Assembly: GCF_006345805.1 (NCBI RefSeq)
Contig: NC_043013.1
Coordinates: forward strand, 23,498,001-23,562,000
Source of the DNA: Octopus sinensis
Lineage: Eukaryota
DNA length: 64,000 nucleotides
Direction of reading: 5' to 3'
The translations under genes and the position numbers were made by a program. The notes under the pieces were generated by a model. It saw only the letters and a program-made list of their open reading frames with translations, was not told where the DNA came from and ran no database searches. Below, piece after piece: positions 62,801 through 64,000 of this stretch (position 1 is the first letter of the stretch; the number at the start of each line of letters is the position of its first letter).

Positions 62801-63832
62801 TCTCAGAAATAGATTGAATGTTGTAAAGCATCAACAGAAAAAGTATTACAATTTCTTCTACGGCCGCCAAACAAACTGATGCCAATTAAAGTTTTAAAAA
62901 ATGGAACTTATCATTCTAAAATCGCATTTCATTGTTTCAGGGCAGTCATGGGCGAAATACACCTTGCAGGACTTCCTAACAAATACTTACAGGGAACAAG
63001 CATGAAATTCAAGTAAATTTCTCAGATTTGTTATACACACACACGTACAAAAATAAATGGAAAATTACACAATTATTCATTAAACTTTTTTTTTTTAAGA
63101 CCTGGTCAGCTTTGAATGAGTAAACATATGGTCAAAAGCATTTCAATCTTGACCATTCCTTCTTTTTATTCTAACAGTAAATTTAAGATCTGCTTATCGA
63201 ACATGTTCATTTATTTTCGAGACGGAATCAACTTGTCGGGAGATTGTCGAGTACCTTTTTCAGCACAATTACGCCGACGCTGACGCTAATTATAATAATG
63301 AGGTTGAGATAAGCTTGGAACGTGATGAAGCATTAAAAAAAAAAAAAGTGTTTTTAAAATTTAGACGAAATCCGAGAATTGTTTACTTTTATTCCCGAAG
63401 AACAGTAATAATAACATTTTAAAAGTGAGGACAACAAAACATAAACATACAGACAGCAGATCGAATTCATAAAATTGCTATGAATAATGTAAAGTTTATC
63501 TTAAGACGCGCACACACACACACACACGACAGAGTGAGAGAGAAAGAAATGAATGTTCAAAGAAGCAGTCAACGCACTTTGTATGGTGTTGGTCCCTCGC
63601 TGGGCGATCTTTTCATATAAGTCATAATCAAAAGAAAGCACCTCCATGTATTTTCCACAATTCATTCTAAGCATTCTTTATATAAATAAATGAACTTACT
63701 GCTGCCCTCCGCTTGTATTGTCCATTTTCCGTTTAAATTTATCCGTACTTGTCCATCAATCACATTACACGAGAAAAACTCCGACAGTAATAGCAATAAT
63801 ATGAAAGGAAGAGGAATCAGCTGCAGCAACAT
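99..63832 (-). CDS. MANBA: Lysosomal beta-mannosidase (GH2), 14 coding exons in window, 3' end continues beyond position 1
   Basis: Manually spliced exons 63832-63700, 34653-34507, 31169-31021, 30448-30249, 28028-27961, 25331-25162, 21433-21262, 16452-16286, 10413-10276, 7886-7807, 6168-5975, 5668-5489, 1894-1791 and 243-99 give one open frame of 2047 nt. All introns are GT-AG with matching phases. Recognised motifs: signal peptide, [48 protein letters not shown] (acid/base E466), RFASEYG (nucleophile E563), [18 protein letters not shown]. Confidence 0.96.
655..1132. mobile_element. Penelope-like element relic: inverted terminal segment (655-770, -) + ORF end (772-903, +) + tRNA-like head (933-1006) + decayed hammerhead (1046-1088)
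   Basis: Stop-free peptide [43 protein letters not shown] resembles PLE GIY-YIG C-termini (RKxKEA...S-IW-P-L). A box TGGCGTAGTGG at 940-950, B box GTTCGATTCC at 985-994. Flanked by the 10-bp direct repeat GACTGTAATA (645-654, 1133-1142). Confidence 0.75.
1791..1894 (-). CDS. MANBA: MANBA exon 13 ([16 protein letters not shown]...FQDIIYLTQ)
   Basis: HFxLP and IYLTQ motifs. Poly-T-CCCAG acceptor, GTATAA donor, phase 1/0. Confidence 0.93.
4364..4684 (-). mobile_element. RTE 3'-tail element (family B)
   Basis: (ATC)n-GTTTAACGTCCG...CCATGCTAGYATGGGTTGGAC...GGATGCCCTTCCTAACGCCAACCACTC; homologous to the LINE end at 18650-18832. Confidence 0.85.
5489..5668 (-). CDS. MANBA: MANBA exon 12 ([11 protein letters not shown]...[12 protein letters not shown]...HRQHHLA), catalytic nucleophile
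   Basis: HFYDY, RFASEYGxQS and HRQHH motifs. TTTCAG acceptor, GTAAGA donor, phase 1/1. Confidence 0.96.
5975..6168 (-). CDS. MANBA: MANBA exon 11 ([12 protein letters not shown]...[14 protein letters not shown]...NYGD)
   Basis: D-SRPF-SSPSNG and GD motifs. CAG acceptor, GTAAAT donor, phase 2/1. Confidence 0.95.
7253..7473 (-). mobile_element. tRNA-head + hammerhead PLE-terminal-repeat element (best-preserved copy)
   Basis: Homologous to 933-1131 and 56017-56257. 5'-truncated tRNA-like head with B box, (AAT)n linker, hammerhead core and shared tail. Confidence 0.8.
7301..7346 (-). ncRNA. Minimal type I hammerhead ribozyme motif
   Basis: GACAC-CUGAUGA-A-GGCUG(loop GAAGGUAUAU)CAGCC-GAAAC-GUU-GAGUU. 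Stem I is GACAC/GUGUU in the consensus of the copies, stem II is 5 bp, and stem III is reduced to the palindrome ACGU. Confidence 0.72.
7545..7770 (+). mobile_element. tRNA-derived SINE family C
   Basis: AGCTGGCAGAA...GAGTTCAAATTCCG...GACTTTGCCTTTCATCC...GGGGTCGAT-type body with an (ATT)n tail. Confidence 0.75.
7807..7886 (-). CDS. MANBA: MANBA exon 10 ([26 protein letters not shown]), catalytic acid/base Glu
   Basis: HPSIxxWxGNNE motif. TAG acceptor, GTCAGT donor, phase 0/2. Confidence 0.96.
8104..8502 (-). mobile_element. Probable second PLE-type relic abutting (TA)n, with decayed hammerhead-like motif and terminal fold-back
   Basis: Minus-strand motif GTTT-CCAACAA-A-GAGC-TCC-GCTC-GAAGC-GTT-AAAC at 8236-8202. 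36-bp inverted repeat spanning 8398-8502. Starts at the end of a 50-nt (TA)n run. Confidence 0.5.
8513..8938 (+). mobile_element. tRNA-derived SINE family A (head + CORE-like block + internal (TA)n/(TG)n + tail)
   Basis: Head GGAGTAGCTGTGTGGTAAG...GGTTCAGTCCCAC, then CCTTGGGCAAGTG, tail CCAGCATGGCCGCAGTC...GAAACAAGTAAAAGA. Near-identical copies occur elsewhere in the window. Confidence 0.85.
10276..10413 (-). CDS. MANBA: MANBA exon 9 ([30 protein letters not shown]...EVVYQ)
   Basis: YE-D-FY and WQDFMFA motifs. TAG acceptor, GTAATG donor, phase 0/0. Confidence 0.96.
11917..12521 (+). pseudogene. Degenerate PLE ORF fragment: RT thumb/linker + C-terminal GIY-YIG endonuclease
   Basis: Translation across frameshifts gives IW-(I)[65 protein letters not shown] and CSHASKFLF*. 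These match, in order, the conserved PLE motifs IIWFNPP, LIDKHF, SYSC, CxC, YIG, FK-R-H, LS-YIW-LK, KRC-LC and LNKRSE-CRH-KF. Confidence 0.8.
12684..12995. repeat. Fold-back: unique ~35-bp arms + (CA)n / (TA)n / (TG)n
   Basis: AGTAATTTATGAGAAATGAAAATCTGATATATA at 12684 is the reverse complement of the sequence ending at 12995; the microsatellites between them are complementary. Confidence 0.85.
12961..13800 (+). repeat. 432-bp near-identical tandem duplication (PLE ORF end + 3' region, pseudo-LTR-like)
   Basis: Anchor GAATGCACATTCTG at 12999 and 13431 (period 432). The unit encodes [15 protein letters not shown], homologous to the ORF end at 12460-12521. Diverged homologues lie at ~12460-12680 and ~14335-14560. 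Confidence 0.9.
13825..14326 (+). mobile_element. RTE 3'-tail element inserted into (TA)n of the PLE array
   Basis: Internal GGTGGCACGTAAAAAGCAC sub-repeats; ends GGACGTTAAACGATGATGATGAT. Confidence 0.85.
14560..15110. repeat. Compound (TA)n/(TG)n/(TATG)n microsatellite field
   Basis: Directly visible; the source of many spurious ORFs. Confidence 0.9.
16286..16452 (-). CDS. MANBA: MANBA exon 8 ([31 protein letters not shown]...NSMRVWGGG)
   Basis: Highly conserved start of the TIM barrel. CAG acceptor, GTAAGT donor, phase 1/0. Confidence 0.96.
16575..18832 (+). mobile_element. 5'-truncated RTE-clade LINE, inactivated
   Basis: RT motifs [34 protein letters not shown] (17425-17436), FRYLG, YGSET and WYGHV, interrupted by stops and frameshifts. 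The 3' UTR ends in the short tail found throughout the window. Confidence 0.92.
18456..18570 (+). repeat. 42-bp tandem repeat (~2.6 copies) in the LINE 3' UTR
   Basis: Unit GAGTGTTGGACCTCACAGAGGCAAAGTGGCTGAGCTCTTTTC starts at 18498 and restarts at 18540. Confidence 0.85.
20803..21148 (+). mobile_element. RTE 3'-tail element
   Basis: Highly similar to 13980-14326. Confidence 0.85.
21262..21433 (-). CDS. MANBA: MANBA exon 7 ([18 protein letters not shown]...[12 protein letters not shown])
   Basis: WWPxGYG and IGFRTVEL motifs. CAG acceptor, GTAAAT donor, phase 0/1. Confidence 0.95.
25162..25331 (-). CDS. MANBA: MANBA exon 6 ([14 protein letters not shown]...LKTIIKIPK)
   Basis: AAG acceptor, GTAAAC donor, phase 1/0, open frame between recognised motifs. 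Confidence 0.87.
25660..26301. repeat. Long inverted repeat (~283-bp arms, 75-bp spacer)
   Basis: 25660-25942 is the reverse complement of 26018-26301 with only scattered mismatches. Confidence 0.92.
26635..27390 (+). mobile_element. Older, internally deleted RTE LINE relic with 3' tail
   Basis: FIDWEK-VVWW-RKL, SKVKV and ATTEEFKT resemble the RT at 16575-18383. Ends in the same tail and (GAT)n. Confidence 0.75.
27961..28028 (-). CDS. MANBA: MANBA exon 5 ([23 protein letters not shown])
   Basis: 68-nt exon missing from the ORF track. CTCTAG acceptor, GTTTGA donor. Phase 2/1 bridges exons 4 and 6 exactly. Confidence 0.88.
28193..28815 (+). mobile_element. Cluster of three tandem SINE family C copies
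   Basis: Repeated AAGGTGG/GGCAAGCTGGCAGAA heads, TTCAAATTC B boxes and GGGGTYGATGTAATCGAC blocks. Confidence 0.75.
29115..29452. mobile_element. hAT-type MITE
   Basis: TIRs CAGGGGTTCTCAGC / GTTGAGAACCCCTA; no 8-bp TSD recognisable. Confidence 0.6.
30249..30448 (-). CDS. MANBA: MANBA exon 4 ([10 protein letters not shown]...[28 protein letters not shown])
   Basis: Diagnostic [13 protein letters not shown] motif. TTTCAG acceptor, GTAAGA donor, phase 0/2. Confidence 0.95.
31021..31169 (-). CDS. MANBA: MANBA exon 3 ([49 protein letters not shown])
   Basis: GIDTVA, ING and NMF motifs. CAG acceptor, GTAAGT donor, phase 1/0. Confidence 0.93.
34507..34653 (-). CDS. MANBA: MANBA exon 2 ([49 protein letters not shown])
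   Basis: Acceptor TTCTAG after a (CT)n tract, donor GTAAGT. ATVPG, DPY and FND motifs. 147 nt, phase 1/1. Confidence 0.93.
34705..34993. mobile_element. pogo/Tigger-type MITE, TA TSD
   Basis: TA|CAGTGGAACCTTAGTTTA...TTCGTAAACTGAGGTTCCACAG|TA; imperfect ~22-bp TIRs. Confidence 0.85.
36330..36455 (+). mobile_element. mariner-like terminal fragment
   Basis: TA|CGAGGGACGTTCAATAAGTAATGC resembles mariner TIRs; no partner TIR was found. Confidence 0.4.
36590..37032 (+). mobile_element. RTE 3'-tail element with a long (GAT)n end
   Basis: Same tail; (GAT)n at ~36999-37032. Confidence 0.8.
37530..37820. repeat. Compound (TA)n/(TG)n microsatellites
   Basis: Directly visible. Confidence 0.9.
38361..38690 (-). 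mobile_element. SINE family A, diverged
   Basis: Reverse complement of the family A tail, (CA)n and head. Confidence 0.7.
38790..39194 (+). mobile_element. SINE family A, full length
   Basis: Colinear with 8513-8938. Confidence 0.85.
39949..40578 (+). mobile_element. SINE family A with a nested RTE 3' tail (40151-40342, -) inside its (TA)n
   Basis: The family A head and tail halves are separated by an antisense RTE tail flanked on both sides by TA repeats. Confidence 0.85.
40706..40916. mobile_element. piggyBac-type MITE, TTAA TSD
   Basis: TTAA|CCCTTTCGTTAC...GTAACAAAAGG|TTAA; second copy at 44514-44734. Confidence 0.85.
42182..42575 (+). mobile_element. BovB-like RTE LINE 3' ORF fragment
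   Basis: [19 protein letters not shown]...RY...LK...W and terminal C-F-AKS-TG-H resemble the C-terminus of BovB-type RTEs. Confidence 0.65.
42601..42985 (-). mobile_element. tRNA-derived SINE family D1, full length
   Basis: Head GGAGGCGCAATGGCCCAGTGGTTAGGGCAGCGGAC...GGTTTCGATTCC with A and B boxes, CpG-rich body and (AAT)n tail. Confidence 0.85.
43725..44095 (+). mobile_element. SINE with family A head but RTE-type tail
   Basis: Family A head and (TG)n, followed by GGCAACAGGAAGGGTATC...GTAGAAAA...ATGGAAAAGTG...(ATG)n, which resembles the RTE tail. Confidence 0.6.
44514..44734. mobile_element. piggyBac-type MITE, TTAA TSD (second copy)
   Basis: TTAA|CCCTTTCATTACC...GGTATCAAAAGGG|TTAA; colinear with 40706-40916. 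Confidence 0.85.
45345..45703 (+). mobile_element. RTE 3'-tail element including the ORF end
   Basis: GTGCTTGAGGAGACC (ORF terminus homologue) followed by the tail. Confidence 0.8.
46685..47062 (-). mobile_element. Non-autonomous Helitron
   Basis: On the minus strand it starts A|TCTCTATATATATAAAG and ends with the hairpin-like GCCCAAGCAACACTAGGC followed by TACTACTAG|T. Inserted between A and T with no TSD. Confidence 0.75.
47330..48300. mobile_element. Cluster of five SINE family C copies in both orientations
   Basis: Plus fragments at ~47330, ~47510 and ~48090; minus copies at ~47630-47850 and ~47870-48070. Confidence 0.7.
48390..48520. repeat. (AAT)n/(AAC)n trinucleotide array
   Basis: Directly visible. 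Confidence 0.9.
52191..52491 (-). mobile_element. tRNA-derived SINE family D2 (same head as D1, different tail), 13-bp TSD
   Basis: Shares ~170 nt at the 5' end with 42601-42985. TSD CAAAAGGG(C/T)AAAG at 52178-52190 and 52492-52504. Confidence 0.85.
52860..53260 (+). mobile_element. 3' fragment of a restriction-like-endonuclease (R4/NeSL/HERO-type) LINE
   Basis: [12 protein letters not shown]...[18 protein letters not shown] (CCHC knuckle), followed by EYWWNIPIK and [12 protein letters not shown] (PD motif of the REL domain). Confidence 0.7.
53615..53715 (+). repeat. Short minisatellite, ~3.5 copies of ACCGGTGAACACTTCTCACCA
   Basis: Directly visible repeated unit with variable spacers. Confidence 0.75.
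54110..55155 (+). mobile_element. Several RTE-tail copies preceded by pyrimidine-rich sequence
   Basis: CpG-intact tail at 54120-54352; further tails at ~54870-55155. Confidence 0.7.
55150..55990 (-). mobile_element. Degenerate BovB-like RTE RT/C-terminal fragment
   Basis: Minus-strand remnants (V)[32 protein letters not shown] and [15 protein letters not shown]. Confidence 0.55.
56017..56257. mobile_element. ORF-less PLE-type insertion: two opposed terminal-repeat segments
   Basis: Minus segment 56017-~56151 (CpG-decayed hammerhead) is joined to plus segment ~56151-56257. Flanked by the 10-bp TSD TGACTACAAA (56007-56016, 56258-56267). Confidence 0.8.
56563..56970 (-). mobile_element. SINE family A, full length
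   Basis: Reverse complement of 8513-8938. Confidence 0.85.
58170..59130 (-). mobile_element. Degenerate RTE-like LINE fragments
   Basis: [12 protein letters not shown]...[12 protein letters not shown] (~58300-58460) and GIRTL...YHWSDF...[18 protein letters not shown] (58703-58948) resemble RTE RT and C-terminal motifs. Confidence 0.55.
60432..60651. mobile_element. Degenerate piggyBac-type MITE (different family)
   Basis: TTAA|CCCTTTA left end; decayed right end TTAAATACTGAAGG|TTTTA. Confidence 0.45.
63700..63832 (-). CDS. MANBA: MANBA exon 1 (signal peptide; [44 protein letters not shown])
   Basis: First ATG (context CCAAACATG; no upstream ATG in the remaining window). Hydrophobic leader and the INLNGKW motif typical of GH2 N-termini. 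Donor A|GTAAGT, phase 1, matches exon 2. Confidence 0.9.
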
Positions 63833-64000
63833 GTTTGGATTAAAGTGTGACCGAACAGAGCAAGTTCTCCAGCTCCGACGGCGGCGGCTACGATCGCTTT
63901 GCCTTTTGTTATCTCTCAACCAAATAAAAATGTCCCTCTTCCTTCTCCAACAGCGCAATAAAGTAAACCAAAGCCGTCACTAACAACAGCAGTTGAACTT
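63833..64000 (-). promoter_or_regulatory. MANBA 5' UTR / proximal promoter region
   Basis: Non-repetitive, CpG-retaining sequence (e.g. CGACGGCGGCGGCTACGATCG) directly upstream of the ATG, with no upstream ATG. The transcription start site cannot be defined from sequence. Confidence 0.5.

Noticed and set aside
63833-63958. N-terminal extension from ORF 63662..63958
   Set aside because: It starts at TTG, not ATG, and would bury the signal peptide. The ATG at 63832 has a good context.
63833-64000. CLEAR (TFEB/MITF) element expected for a lysosomal gene
   Set aside because: No TCACGTGA E-box is present in the available upstream sequence; the promoter may lie beyond the window.

Overview
Eukaryotic, AT-rich, microsatellite- and repeat-dense DNA. 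The repeat content resembles Octopus (inferred, not confirmed). One protein-coding gene spans almost the whole window on the minus strand: lysosomal beta-mannosidase (MANBA, GH2). I reconstructed 14 coding exons by hand, from the ATG at 63832 down to 99. They total 2047 nt (682 codons + 1 nt), every intron is GT-AG with consistent phases, and both catalytic glutamate motifs ([15 protein letters not shown]) are intact. The last exons lie beyond position 1, and intron 1 is 29 kb. The introns hold several tRNA-headed SINE families, RTE/BovB-type LINE relics and their short 3' tails, an REL-type LINE fragment, pogo/Tigger-, piggyBac- and hAT-type MITEs, a non-autonomous Helitron and Penelope-like element (PLE) relics. 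The most interesting signals are four. (1) A PLE-associated repeat at three loci that couples a tRNA-like Pol III head to a minimal, dimer-type hammerhead ribozyme, directly downstream of a PLE-like ORF end. (2) A second, decayed hammerhead-like family. (3) A PLE GIY-YIG relic with TGA at two conserved Cys positions, possibly selenocysteine recoding or simple decay. (4) Long intronic fold-backs that could be ADAR substrates. Almost all ORFs in the supplied track are microsatellite or repeat artefacts.
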